Shown: positions 1 through 9,891 of the stretch, piece after piece
Layout: every line of letters begins with the position of its first letter
Position numbering within the stretch: position 1 is the stretch's first letter
DNA from: a virus
Virus record (IMG/VR): IMGVR_UViG_3300025789_000020
Length of the DNA: 64,000 nucleotides
Reading direction: 5' to 3' (one strand)
Position numbers and translations under genes: made by a program
The notes under the pieces: generated by a model
The model's database searches: none
Told to the model about the DNA's origin: nothing
What the model saw: the letters and a program-made list of their open reading frames with translations, nothing else

Positions 1-1553
1 ACTAAGACTACATGATTTAATGACGGTGTTTCAATTTCAACTAAATGAATTTGCTTAAGACCATTGATATGTTGTATGTCAATAAATTCTACTTGGTAAA
101 TTTTATTCTTAACAAGAATATCAGTGTCGGCAGTAAACAGTATCTTATGTCCTGTTTGTAAAGCTACTGAGTCAATATTATATCCAAATGAACCTTCAAT
201 TGTTGAGAACACATCAGTTGTAAAGTTATCAATCAGGTCAATGTCATCTATAGCTGTTGTACCATAGTTGAATAATTTTAAATCAGCATTGAATTCAATA
301 ATTGGACGAATTGCTCTGTATTTTTGATCTAAGCTGGCTATTGAATTGTTAAACAATGCGCTGGCATTTATAACATCTTTATGGAACCAACGATTATATC
401 GACTCCATGGATTGTAATCTCGAGAAGCTCGGCTGATTACAATATAATCTAAGCTATCTGCAAATCCGCTAGCATTGTCAAATGGCTCTGTATCAAACGA
501 ATCAGAATCAAATAAAATGTCAGTTACAGTAGTATAAGGACTTGTAATTTCTAAGATTGACTCAGGAATTAGTTTAATAGAAATTCCAACACCGTCAACA
601 TAAAATTGTCCAGATGCATAAGTTGCAGGAGTAACATTACCACCAAAGGCAATTTTCATTCCGTTACTTAACTCTATGCCATTAGCTAGTTTATACTGTT
701 TTTTTCCAAGGATTTCATTTTCAACATCAATGAATGTGTCTTCAAGGATGTTGTAGATTTCAATTGCTCCGCCAAGATTTAAATCACTTTCACTTTGATA
801 GTACAACAAGCTAGGTGCATCTAATGGGATAGTAAAAGTTATTGTTCCGTTTGTAACAGCACTTCCGCTTAGTGTTGCAGTTTCGTATCTATCTGCAATG
901 CCTAAACTTCTAGCTGTTTTAAAACTAAAAGGATTACCTGGACTAGTAATTTCAAATGTGTATGTCTGTCCTCTAAATAATCTTAATACAGGGTTTCGAG
1001 TAAATCCGTTAGGCGTGAATAGATATTCGTTATTGTTTAATTCCGACTCAAGTGTTACTGTATATGTACTTTCTATAGCAAGTTGCTGTCCATAAATTTT
1101 AATTAACTCTGGACCGTACGGTAACCAATAGTAATTTTGAAAGTTAACAAACTTGTCCCAATCAATATGTGGATCCCAAGAATAGAATTCTTGTGCATTT
1201 AGTCTTGCATGATTACTAGTATTAGCGCCAAATACATTTAATTGATTAATATAGTCAATATAATCTTTAAAATAAGTTACGTTACCAATAGAATCCGTTA
1301 CTGTTAAAGAAGGCTCTAATTGATAATTTTGTCTTGCGGCGTCAGATGCCTTGACGAATATGTCAGTGCCTGTTGACGATTTAGCATTTTCTCGACCGAT
1401 ATACCCGTTAACTTTTTTAATTGCACCAGGTTGATATAATTGATCAAGTGTAGCTTGAAGGAATTTTTTATTAGCTTCTGTTCTATAAAACTGTGGAAGT
1501 AAATTTAAACTAAGACCAGAACTATTACCGTTAGGGTTAACACTATCAACCAT
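1..1553 (-). CDS. Large baseplate/virion structural protein (gp7-like position), partial, runs off window start
   Basis: Not in ORF track. ATG at 1553 overlaps the gp6 stop and reads MVDSVNPNGNSSGLSLNLLPQFYRTEANKKFLQATLDQ...; the same frame is still open at the window start (...INGLKQIHLVEIETPSLNHVVL). Directly downstream of gp6 in the baseplate operon. Confidence 0.75.
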   Translation of the reverse strand, partial: MVDSVNPNGNSSGLSLNLLPQFYRTEANKKFLQATLDQLYQPGAIKKVNGYIGRENAKSSTGTDIFVKASDAARQNYQLEPSLTVTDSIGNVTYFKDYIDYINQLNVFGANTSNHARLNAQEFYSWDPHIDWDKFVNFQNYYWLPYGPELIKIYGQQLAIESTYTVTLESELNNNEYLFTPNGFTRNPVLRLFRGQTYTFEITSPGNPFSFKTARSLGIADRYETATLSGSAVTNGTITFTIPLDAPSLLYYQSESDLNLGGAIEIYNILEDTFIDVENEILGKKQYKLANGIELSNGMKIAFGGNVTPATYASGQFYVDGVGISIKLIPESILEITSPYTTVTDILFDSDSFDTEPFDNASGFADSLDYIVISRASRDYNPWSRYNRWFHKDVINASALFNNSIASLDQKYRAIRPIIEFNADLKLFNYGTTAIDDIDLIDNFTTDVFSTIEGSFGYNIDSVALQTGHKILFTADTDILVKNKIYQVEFIDIQHINGLKQIHLVEIETPSLNHVVL

Positions 1554-4500
1554 TTGTTACTCCAAAGTTTGCACTTGTAACATTCTGTGATGTTACTAAA
1601 GACGTTAGTGCGTTGCCAGATACTGTTTTTAAGTTTGCTGATGTAAACCCAGATACAACTACAATAGTATCTGATGTTGCGCAACTTAAGAATATTTGAT
1701 TGCTAGGACATTTAATTTCAAATAATGCTCCAAAATATAAATCACCTTGTTTTGGAATAATTACAAAATTTGTAATATCAGGTGCAAGCTGGTTCATTAC
1801 ATATGTTGATAATTCTGTAAAATAGAATGTATCTCCAAAATTCCAGTTATCCAACGCAAAGAATGTATTAATTGCAGATAATATTCTTGCTTTAATATCA
1901 TTATCTGATGCTGTTGAACTGGTGTTTTTAATAACACTAAATGTTGCTTGTAAATTGTTAGGAGCCTGAGGACCAAATAACAACTGATAGCTCACTGGAT
2001 GATATATTATTTCATCTGATATTGCTTTAATAGGATCAAGATTAGAACTTAATAGACTATGTAATTCAGACGAGCTAGGAGGAAGTGGTTCGCTAATATT
2101 TGCACCACTTAGCCATTGTCTATATCTGTTATTATAATCATTAGTTAATACATACACATCCATGATGTTACTAGATCCGGGATCAATTCTTGAATCATAG
2201 TCTGCACTATGAGTGTATTGGAATTTTAATTTATCTCGACCGATATAAACTTTATAATCTAAACTTATGTTTAAAGTAGAAGTTGATGCATCTAATTTCT
2301 TCACTACATCTGTATCTACAAAATAAAAATATTGTCCGTCAGTGTACTGTGTTAAAAATCCAACTTGATTCTCAGATGGTAATATCAACACAACATTTGC
2401 CGTGTTGCTAACGTACTTATAGTCTTCCTGCCCTTGACTGATCAAATAACGTTGTTGAATAATATAATTCAATTTATTAATTGTAAGAGTTGTATTAACT
2501 AGTGTAGCAGTTGTTGGATTGTTTATTGTTAAAGACACTCCAGGGGTAACTGCTGTAATAATTGTATTAGGAGCAATACCTGCGCCAATAATAGATGCTC
2601 CAACCATACTGCTTACGGCTAATAGCGAACTAATTGCTGTTGTGTTAATTGCCGCTGAGCCAGCAATGTTAGATGTTGTAACAATGTCAAGGAACAACTG
2701 AGGATTATCAACTACTCCATTATTATCACTATCAGTGAAAGTAACTACAATTTTTTTAGGGTCAACATATCCATCTAATCCGCTAAAAGATGATATTACT
2801 TCCCATGGTAAACTACTGGTAAAGGGCAACGATCCAAGCGGTTGAGTGTTAATGTTTAATACATTAATCGAGTCTTTAACAATTGAAGTCGATACAATAT
2901 CATAAATTTTTTGATCAGAGTCAAAATAGAAATTAAGCTGGCTATCACTTTCAAATATGTATCTCAACAACCGTGTTGTAATTGTATAGAATTCGTTGTT
3001 AGTAGTAAACAACATAAACCAACTAGCATCTTGTTGTAGGTTTGATGTACTACCTTGATTTGCTAGACTAAAAATTGTAGTTGTATTAAGATTTGCTTCA
3101 AAAATAATTTGCCATGATTGTGTAGAAGCATCATATCGTAATCCAAATGGTTGGTTGGCGAATATTAAATCAATCATTGTTGTTATAACTGTTGAATCAA
3201 TTGTTCGTGTTAGCTTTGGAATTATTTGAGAAATGATCGCTGAACTTGGAACTGGGATATTTAAAGCTATTGGTCCGTTTCCAGATGATAACACCCCAGT
3301 ACCTGAAGCGGTGCCGTCTTGTGCAATTGAAACTGCTTCAGCCCAAATATAGTAACTTGAACCATTTGATATTGGTATTCCAGCAACTAGCGTATTAAGA
3401 TTATTATTATCAAAATAATATCCAGCCGGTGCTGTGAATTTAATTAAAGATCCTAATGTAACATATTGTAAATCTGTTGCGGTATATGATCCAGTTTTAT
3501 AAATCACACGACCTGTTGAATCTCCAATATAACCAGTTGATGCATTGCTATCAGTTGTTACATTATGCCAAATTAAATTTACAGCAGTATTAATATTGTT
3601 TGTAAAATTTGTATAATAGAAATTTCTTAAATCTGGAGAATTTAATACATCATAAATTGTATTAACAATAACACTTTCAATGTCCGACTGTGTAGTGTAT
3701 GAAAAATTAATTAATGATGTGTACGGATTTTGATATATGACACCGTCATCTGCAAACAAGTTAGTACTACTGTATTTTCCAGTAGGATCTACTAAATCAA
3801 AATAGCGGCTAATGCCACTACTAGATCTGTTAACTGATTTTATTTTTGCAATTTTTTGTGTAGCAGATAGCGGACTAATATTATAGTCTTCACCAGTAAT
3901 CATACGATTTTGTGTATAGTATGTTGCTGGAGCATTTGCTTTTATACTAGCATTTGTTTCTGTTTGCGTAGCATTGCTAACAGTACTAGGAAGTCCTAGA
4001 GAAATTGTTAAAGTCTCTGCTTGATTTCTTGCAGATATATAAGGTATATTAATTGTTACATTTAATATATCAGATGGGTTAATAGTGTATGATAGATTAT
4101 TACTGGTTCTGTAATAACTTCTAAAAGTGCCTAACGGTAAATTTCCAAACGTACCATCGCTAAATGATAAACTAACTGCATCGCCTGCTCTAGTTATTAC
4201 GCTGTAAATGTTTTTAATTTTATTAGACAAGCTATTGTAAATAATATTGTTGCCAGTTAAATTAGGAACTTTAGTCCATAATTCTGATTCTAAGCCGGTT
4301 GAATCTAACTTGTATAACCATACATCTGTATTATTAATATTTTGTGTATTAATGTTTATAATTTCGTTTGTACTAGGTTGAGTAATTGAAAATACACCTT
4401 GCTGTAATGTACCTTGTGTGAAATTAAAGAAAAATCCAGTATTGCTACTGCCAGCACCATAGCCGTCATCTGTGTATACACATGCTAGATGATTACCAAC

Positions 4501-5193
4501 TTTAGGCGGTTCTTCGTATATAAAGGTTTGTCCGTTAAACGTTGTACTGGTAATTTCAAAAGCCATTGAACGACCAGCAACAGTTTTGGTAAAACTGTAC
4601 AATGGAATATCTGTATTAGAAGCGTTGAATCTATACTGCGCAGAATTAATACCATAGATTGTTGCAGAATCGACTGGGTTACCAAATTGTTGAGTTTGCG
4701 GTAAGGCCGCATTGATTATTTTGATAAACTGATCGTACCAGTTAACATTACTTGGATCATTCCAAGTAATTACTTGTCCAGATAAATTTCTGCCGTTGCT
4801 GTCAATAACATTTTCAGTAGTTTTAATAGTACTAAATTTTAGCAATCCTCTAGCGGCTACGTTTCTACTAGCATTATAGCTAATTAATCGTGCTAGGCGT
4901 AAGATGCTATCGCGGCGTTCTGCTAGTTCTAAAAAGTTTTCACGTGCATTTAAATCAACACGGAAGGCAATACTTTGTCCAACATATGCAATAAGGTCAA
5001 TAAGAGCAAGATATTCGCTAGATTCAATATAATCGTTAAAATCTTCAGGAAAATTTGTACGGATATATTCGATCATAGATCTGCGTAAGTTTTCAAAGTC
5101 GTAACTTTGAAAGTCAGCATTTTTAAAGGACTGATAAATCTTTGTCCAGTCTTGGCTTATGAGCAGGTTATTTTGACGATCTGTTGAACTCAT
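1546..5193 (-). CDS. gp6: Baseplate wedge subunit (T4 gp6-like / baseplate J family)
   Basis: N-terminal YDFENLRRSMIEYIR..FNDYIESSEYLALIDLIAY..ENFLELAERRDSILRLARLISY and ETNASIKANAP..TQNRMITGEDY motifs typical of gp6; adjacent to gp25. Confidence 0.88.
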   Translation of the reverse strand: MSSTDRQNNLLISQDWTKIYQSFKNADFQSYDFENLRRSMIEYIRTNFPEDFNDYIESSEYLALIDLIAYVGQSIAFRVDLNARENFLELAERRDSILRLARLISYNASRNVAARGLLKFSTIKTTENVIDSNGRNLSGQVITWNDPSNVNWYDQFIKIINAALPQTQQFGNPVDSATIYGINSAQYRFNASNTDIPLYSFTKTVAGRSMAFEITSTTFNGQTFIYEEPPKVGNHLACVYTDDGYGAGSSNTGFFFNFTQGTLQQGVFSITQPSTNEIININTQNINNTDVWLYKLDSTGLESELWTKVPNLTGNNIIYNSLSNKIKNIYSVITRAGDAVSLSFSDGTFGNLPLGTFRSYYRTSNNLSYTINPSDILNVTINIPYISARNQAETLTISLGLPSTVSNATQTETNASIKANAPATYYTQNRMITGEDYNISPLSATQKIAKIKSVNRSSSGISRYFDLVDPTGKYSSTNLFADDGVIYQNPYTSLINFSYTTQSDIESVIVNTIYDVLNSPDLRNFYYTNFTNNINTAVNLIWHNVTTDSNASTGYIGDSTGRVIYKTGSYTATDLQYVTLGSLIKFTAPAGYYFDNNNLNTLVAGIPISNGSSYYIWAEAVSIAQDGTASGTGVLSSGNGPIALNIPVPSSAIISQIIPKLTRTIDSTVITTMIDLIFANQPFGLRYDASTQSWQIIFEANLNTTTIFSLANQGSTSNLQQDASWFMLFTTNNEFYTITTRLLRYIFESDSQLNFYFDSDQKIYDIVSTSIVKDSINVLNINTQPLGSLPFTSSLPWEVISSFSGLDGYVDPKKIVVTFTDSDNNGVVDNPQLFLDIVTTSNIAGSAAINTTAISSLLAVSSMVGASIIGAGIAPNTIITAVTPGVSLTINNPTTATLVNTTLTINKLNYIIQQRYLISQGQEDYKYVSNTANVVLILPSENQVGFLTQYTDGQYFYFVDTDVVKKLDASTSTLNISLDYKVYIGRDKLKFQYTHSADYDSRIDPGSSNIMDVYVLTNDYNNRYRQWLSGANISEPLPPSSSELHSLLSSNLDPIKAISDEIIYHPVSYQLLFGPQAPNNLQATFSVIKNTSSTASDNDIKARILSAINTFFALDNWNFGDTFYFTELSTYVMNQLAPDITNFVIIPKQGDLYFGALFEIKCPSNQIFLSCATSDTIVVVSGFTSANLKTVSGNALTSLVTSQNVTSANFGVTNG

Positions 5194-5211
5194 GTTTTAT
5201 CCTAATAAGTG

Positions 5212-5219
5212 TATTTATT
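5212..5219 (-). promoter_or_regulatory. T4-like late promoter (AATAAATA)
   Basis: TAAATA core 18 nt upstream of the gp6 ATG, with AGGA SD in between. Confidence 0.6.
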
Positions 5220-5243
5220 GAATAAAATTATATGCGTAGTTAA

Positions 5244-5681
5244 TCATGCGATTGATAATCCAGAGGCTTGATCAAACTGTAATTTTAAATTTTGAGAGAT
5301 GTTATATGGTAGGTATTTCAGTGTACATTCAATCTGTATACCCTTGTCGTAGCTAGTTACAACAACGTTTTCAGCTTGAATCCTAGGATCATAATTGACA
5401 ATTTCATTGACATTTTGTAGTATTAAATCTTTTACTTGCTCTGTCATAGGTTCAAATATTAAGTCCCAGATAATTGTACCAAAGGTAGGATTCATCAATC
5501 GTTCACCCTGGCGAACATAAAAGTGATTTAGTAAATCTTGTTTAATTAATTCAAAGTCGTATAATGTAAAATTTTGTGTAGTCGTGTTAACTGTGCTAAA
5601 TCCTCGATACATTTGAGGAGTAGTTGCTGTTATAGTAGTACGAGCTTGTAAATTAATATTTTCGTAAAGATTATTGGCCAT
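5244..5681 (-). CDS. gp25: Baseplate wedge protein gp25-like
   Basis: LIKQDLLNHFYVRQGERLMNPTFGTIIWDLIFEP...YDPRI matches the GPW/gp25 signature. Confidence 0.9.
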   Translation of the reverse strand: MANNLYENINLQARTTITATTPQMYRGFSTVNTTTQNFTLYDFELIKQDLLNHFYVRQGERLMNPTFGTIIWDLIFEPMTEQVKDLILQNVNEIVNYDPRIQAENVVVTSYDKGIQIECTLKYLPYNISQNLKLQFDQASGLSIA

Positions 5682-7326
5682 TGTCTGTTCCTTTTACCTT
5701 GTTAAAGGGATCTGTTGATGTTGTATATTTTTTGTAAAAATCAGGTGTTGCAATTGCACTACCGCTTTCTCGATCCGTTTGATCAGGTTTAAATTTTGTA
5801 GCGTCTAAATTTTCATGATGCGGGTAAGGTTCTGTTGTAGGTACTCGTAGCATAATACTAGTAATAGTAGTGCCATCAGTTTCTGTTGGATTATCAAAAG
5901 TGCTCAGTGCTGTTGGGGCTGTTGCCGCTGATGCTGATCCTGCTGAGGCTGCGGCTGGCCCATTAAGATTAATATTGCCACCGGAAATATTAGTACTAGA
6001 CGCTCCTATTTCCATCGTGCCGCCTGATGTTAATTTGTTTGTACCGCTAGTATTAAGGTCAAATCCGCCGCTTACTGTTATATTAGTTTGTCCGCCTACT
6101 GTAGCATCCCAGGTTGCTCCAAACGACTGTTTATGAGCTCCGCTAATTGTTTCATCTTGTGTACCGCTTACTTGAATAGCGACTTTACCATCTACAATAG
6201 TAATTTTATCACCACCAACTTCTGTTTGATGTCGTTCTTTAACTTTTAAATTAAAATTACGCCCTGCCTCAAAATTAATGTCACGATCAGCATAAAAATT
6301 TAAATCGTTGCCAGTATGTACGCTTATGCTGTCTGTAGCAAAGATGTCAATTTTTCCATCACTGGTCATTTCAATCCAGCTTGTTCCTCGGCTGTTTGTA
6401 ATGTATATTAGATCTTCACTGTTATGCATTACAATCTGATGTCCAGTTCTAGTACGAATCCTAAATAGTTCGTTATGCGGTATTGTTACATCACCATCAG
6501 TTTCACCTTGTGATGCGGCAGCATAATCAGGAGGACCATCTTTAGGTTTAGTCTTACGTAAGAATTTATCGTCACCGTCGTCCATGACAAATGTAGTTCC
6601 GCCTAATCTACTAGCAGGATAGTTAGGCACTGCATTTTGATCAGTACCAACTTTACCAGTAGGTGCACCATCTTGCTTGTCTAATGGCCCAGGTGTGCTA
6701 ATACCAAATACCATGCTAGGAACTTCTCTTCTAGCACTGCTGGTAGTTATACCTCTAATATCATCTTCAATTAGACCTTGGTTTTGTAACGCAGTAGTTA
6801 ACGGATGTTGTGGTTTTTTAATTTGAGTTACATCTGCATCAGTATCGTGTACTTTATTGTTGTATTCTGCAACAGGTGCTCTTAATGGGTCACCTGTTAA
6901 GCTAGTTGTTCCGCCTTCTACATTATTTTCAGTAGCGGCGATACCAGGTAACATAAAATCCATATTTTCATCTAATACGCTTCCCATCCAATAACCACGT
7001 TTAGGATCTCCGTCAATAAAAAATATTACAACTGTAGTTCCTACATCAGGTGGAATCATCCACATTCCGTAACTTTTTTGTGTGTTATTATAGTCGTCAG
7101 GATCTTTATTAACAAACTCAGCTTTAGTGACTCCATAAAATGGACTCATATATTTTACTTGGTGCAACTCACCTTCACTGGCTGTGCCGCCACTAGGTCT
7201 TAAAATTTCTACTTGTAATACACCCATGTAGGTAGGATCAAGATGGCTTACTATTCTTGCTAAGAACGGACCTGGACGTGGGTCACTATCCCCTGACGAA
7301 ATATGATTTAAATTTTTATTTGCCAT
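5671..7326 (-). CDS. gp5: Baseplate hub central spike (gp5/VgrG-like: OB-fold plus beta-helix, no lysozyme domain evident)
   Basis: DPTYMGVLQV..SYGMWMIPPDVGTTVVIFFIDGDPKRGYWMG OB-fold motif; RIRTRTGHQIVMHNSE; beta-helix-like repeats near the C-terminus; next to gp25. Confidence 0.8.
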   Translation of the reverse strand: MANKNLNHISSGDSDPRPGPFLARIVSHLDPTYMGVLQVEILRPSGGTASEGELHQVKYMSPFYGVTKAEFVNKDPDDYNNTQKSYGMWMIPPDVGTTVVIFFIDGDPKRGYWMGSVLDENMDFMLPGIAATENNVEGGTTSLTGDPLRAPVAEYNNKVHDTDADVTQIKKPQHPLTTALQNQGLIEDDIRGITTSSARREVPSMVFGISTPGPLDKQDGAPTGKVGTDQNAVPNYPASRLGGTTFVMDDGDDKFLRKTKPKDGPPDYAAASQGETDGDVTIPHNELFRIRTRTGHQIVMHNSEDLIYITNSRGTSWIEMTSDGKIDIFATDSISVHTGNDLNFYADRDINFEAGRNFNLKVKERHQTEVGGDKITIVDGKVAIQVSGTQDETISGAHKQSFGATWDATVGGQTNITVSGGFDLNTSGTNKLTSGGTMEIGASSTNISGGNINLNGPAAASAGSASAATAPTALSTFDNPTETDGTTITSIMLRVPTTEPYPHHENLDATKFKPDQTDRESGSAIATPDFYKKYTTSTDPFNKVKGTDNGQ

Positions 7327-7327
7327 G

Positions 7328-9586
7328 TTAGTTGTCCTCAGAGTCAGCCGATGGGTCTGGTTGACTTCTACGTGTTGAGAACATTTGATCCGGAGTCGCT
7401 TCTTCTAGGCCTTCGAAGTATGGTCGTCTAAAACCTTTTAATTGCTGTTTAAAGACGCCACCTTTGAACGTACTAATTACTTGGTTAACACAGTACAGTC
7501 CTGTAAACTGAATAACTGGTGCGCTTTTACTTGACCCACCAAAATTGTATAACCCAGTCGTTTGATTTAAATCTATAGGAGTTCTAAAGTTAACCTTAAT
7601 GTCAACTTCCCCGTCTTGATAATTCACTGATCCGTCTGTGTTTAAATTAGTAGTGGCTGCTTCGCTAGTATAATTGCCCTGACCGCTTTGCGCAATAAAA
7701 TAAGGGTCGCCTATAATTTCCATATCAAGGTCAATCATATCAGTACTAGATTGAAGTGCATCCTGGAATAAACGTGCCGCACGTTGAGCAATACCTTCTT
7801 CACCACCGCCACCTTTTCTATCTGAGCCAGTCATTGTTCCTATGTATTTTACAATTGTAGGTAACACTCCTAATTCAGTTGATGGCGGATTTCCCGGCGG
7901 CATAGGTTGTATTGGTGTTGCTTGCGGTGTAGAGTCTCCGCCTTCAGCATCTGCTTCTACAGCATCTTGTGTTCTTGTTAATCCATCAGATCCCATAATT
8001 TGAGTAAATCCGTTATTAACTTTAATTTCAAATCGAAGAATATCAACATTCTTACCAGTATAGATATAGTTGTAATGTTTAACTGCTTGCGCTTCTAATT
8101 CTCCGCCTTCGCCTAGACCAGGAGCTTTAGTATTTGGAGGAACTAATCTACTGCTATGTACTTTATATGGAATTACTCGGTATACAATTATTTTAGGTTT
8201 AGTTCCAGTAACTGCCATGTTTTCACTAGATGGATTATTATACACCTGTGTATCAATTCTCCACCAACCTCTATACCCTTCAGGTGTTATTAAGGAACTG
8301 TCTAATGCATCTTTAACAAAGTCACTTTGTAACAATACTTGATTTATAGCGTTAGGGATATTTGTATCTTGACTAAACTTCATTTCTGTTTGTGTACTAT
8401 CAATTGTTAAATTGCCCTGAACAAATGTTTTACTTTTAGGATCGTACACTGCATCATTCTTACCAGTTTGTGGATCACCTTTTCTTTTATCTTCAGCAAT
8501 TAATGTTGCGGCGCCAAGAGCATTCACATCATCAGAACTTTGAATTAACGTTCCATTAATAGAACTTCTTGATAATCCTAATACATCTTCAACACCGCCA
8601 CTTGACGACGAGCTAGGATCTTCTGTTGCGCCGGCATCCTGGCTACTACTGTTATCTGGAGTAAAAATTGCACTACTTGACGATGCAGGATCAGTTGGAA
8701 AAATAATAACATATTCGTCAGCAACTGGCACAATTCCTTTTTCTACTAGTAATTGTGCTCTTTGATTAATTACTGCTTGCAAACTTTTTTCGCCAGTTTG
8801 TAAAATTTCTTGTACAGTTGATCCCACTGTTGAATGATCTGACTGTAAGTTTGCTACAGCATCTCCTAGTGCATATTGGTTGCAAGGTTGCGCTGTACAG
8901 CTATATACTGCACCTTTTTCATTAACTACCATGTTCATATCATTAAAATTAAATGGTATGTGTCTAGTAGTGCCGGAGATATTTTTTATTTGTCCTGTTT
9001 CAGTGTTGCCTCTAAACTCTATAGTAAGCAGAAATGGAGCTTCACGCCAATTATCATGTCCTAATTCTTGTGCAAGCTGTTGACAGGCGATTATAAACAG
9101 GCCCATACTATACGGTTCAATAATTGTAAAAGTTAATCCAGTAACGTTAGTATTACCCGAACCTTGTTCAAATCCTATTAAACTATCTAGTGTTAAATCG
9201 TCAATATAAAAATCAAATTTTCCATAGGGTGTATTAACTCTATTGCTAGGATCAGCATTTGCCGATTTACATATTAATGGAATACGCTTTCCAATCATAT
9301 ATGTAGTGTCAGGTTTCATTAGGTCGTCATCTGTTAAACAACCGATACTTAAAACATAAGTGTAGCTGGCATATGCAAACAACGGATTTGGCAATGGTAA
9401 CTTAACTCCGCTAGGTAACCCTTTAAATAAAGAACTTAGACCGCCCAATAGTCCAGACACTGCACTTGATATTGATGACAATGCTGAAGCTGGACCTGAA
9501 GATAATAAGCTCGAGGCACTAGATGCTACACTGCTAACAGCATTAGTTGCAGAGTCAATTGCTCCTGACAAATTATCAAAACTCAT
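7328..9586 (-). CDS. Putative baseplate hub protein (gp27/GpD-like)
   Basis: 752 aa between gp53 and gp5; C-terminal LDMEIIGDPYFI...FTGLYCVNQVISTFKGGVFKQQL resembles hub-protein C-termini. Confidence 0.55.
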   Translation of the reverse strand: MSFDNLSGAIDSATNAVSSVASSASSLLSSGPASALSSISSAVSGLLGGLSSLFKGLPSGVKLPLPNPLFAYASYTYVLSIGCLTDDDLMKPDTTYMIGKRIPLICKSANADPSNRVNTPYGKFDFYIDDLTLDSLIGFEQGSGNTNVTGLTFTIIEPYSMGLFIIACQQLAQELGHDNWREAPFLLTIEFRGNTETGQIKNISGTTRHIPFNFNDMNMVVNEKGAVYSCTAQPCNQYALGDAVANLQSDHSTVGSTVQEILQTGEKSLQAVINQRAQLLVEKGIVPVADEYVIIFPTDPASSSSAIFTPDNSSSQDAGATEDPSSSSSGGVEDVLGLSRSSINGTLIQSSDDVNALGAATLIAEDKRKGDPQTGKNDAVYDPKSKTFVQGNLTIDSTQTEMKFSQDTNIPNAINQVLLQSDFVKDALDSSLITPEGYRGWWRIDTQVYNNPSSENMAVTGTKPKIIVYRVIPYKVHSSRLVPPNTKAPGLGEGGELEAQAVKHYNYIYTGKNVDILRFEIKVNNGFTQIMGSDGLTRTQDAVEADAEGGDSTPQATPIQPMPPGNPPSTELGVLPTIVKYIGTMTGSDRKGGGGEEGIAQRAARLFQDALQSSTDMIDLDMEIIGDPYFIAQSGQGNYTSEAATTNLNTDGSVNYQDGEVDIKVNFRTPIDLNQTTGLYNFGGSSKSAPVIQFTGLYCVNQVISTFKGGVFKQQLKGFRRPYFEGLEEATPDQMFSTRRSQPDPSADSEDN

Positions 9587-9587
9587 A

Positions 9588-9890
9588 TTACAATCCTAAT
9601 ACTAATTTTAAACTACTACTTTTTGGAATATAAATTTGTACGCCTGGAACAAAATCTAAAATAGGATCTTGTAAGACATCTAAATTACGTTGTATAAAAA
9701 CCCACCATAGATTAACTTCCCCATATAAGTCAGCCGCTAGTAAATCTGGTCTGTACGTATACTGAGGTTCAATAGTGTATAAAAAGTCGTCTACTTCAGC
9801 AGACACTGGTCGTATTTTTAGAATGTCAAGATGATCTTGTTTAGTCTTTGTGTTATACCACGGGCTTGTATTTGTGTAAGTTGCTTTCAT
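9588..9890 (-). CDS. gp53: Baseplate wedge protein gp53-like (LysM-like)
   Basis: YRPDLLAADLYGEVNLWWVF..N...DP motif; likely start MKATY at 9890. Confidence 0.8.
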   Translation of the reverse strand: MKATYTNTSPWYNTKTKQDHLDILKIRPVSAEVDDFLYTIEPQYTYRPDLLAADLYGEVNLWWVFIQRNLDVLQDPILDFVPGVQIYIPKSSSLKLVLGL

Positions 9891-9891
9891 T

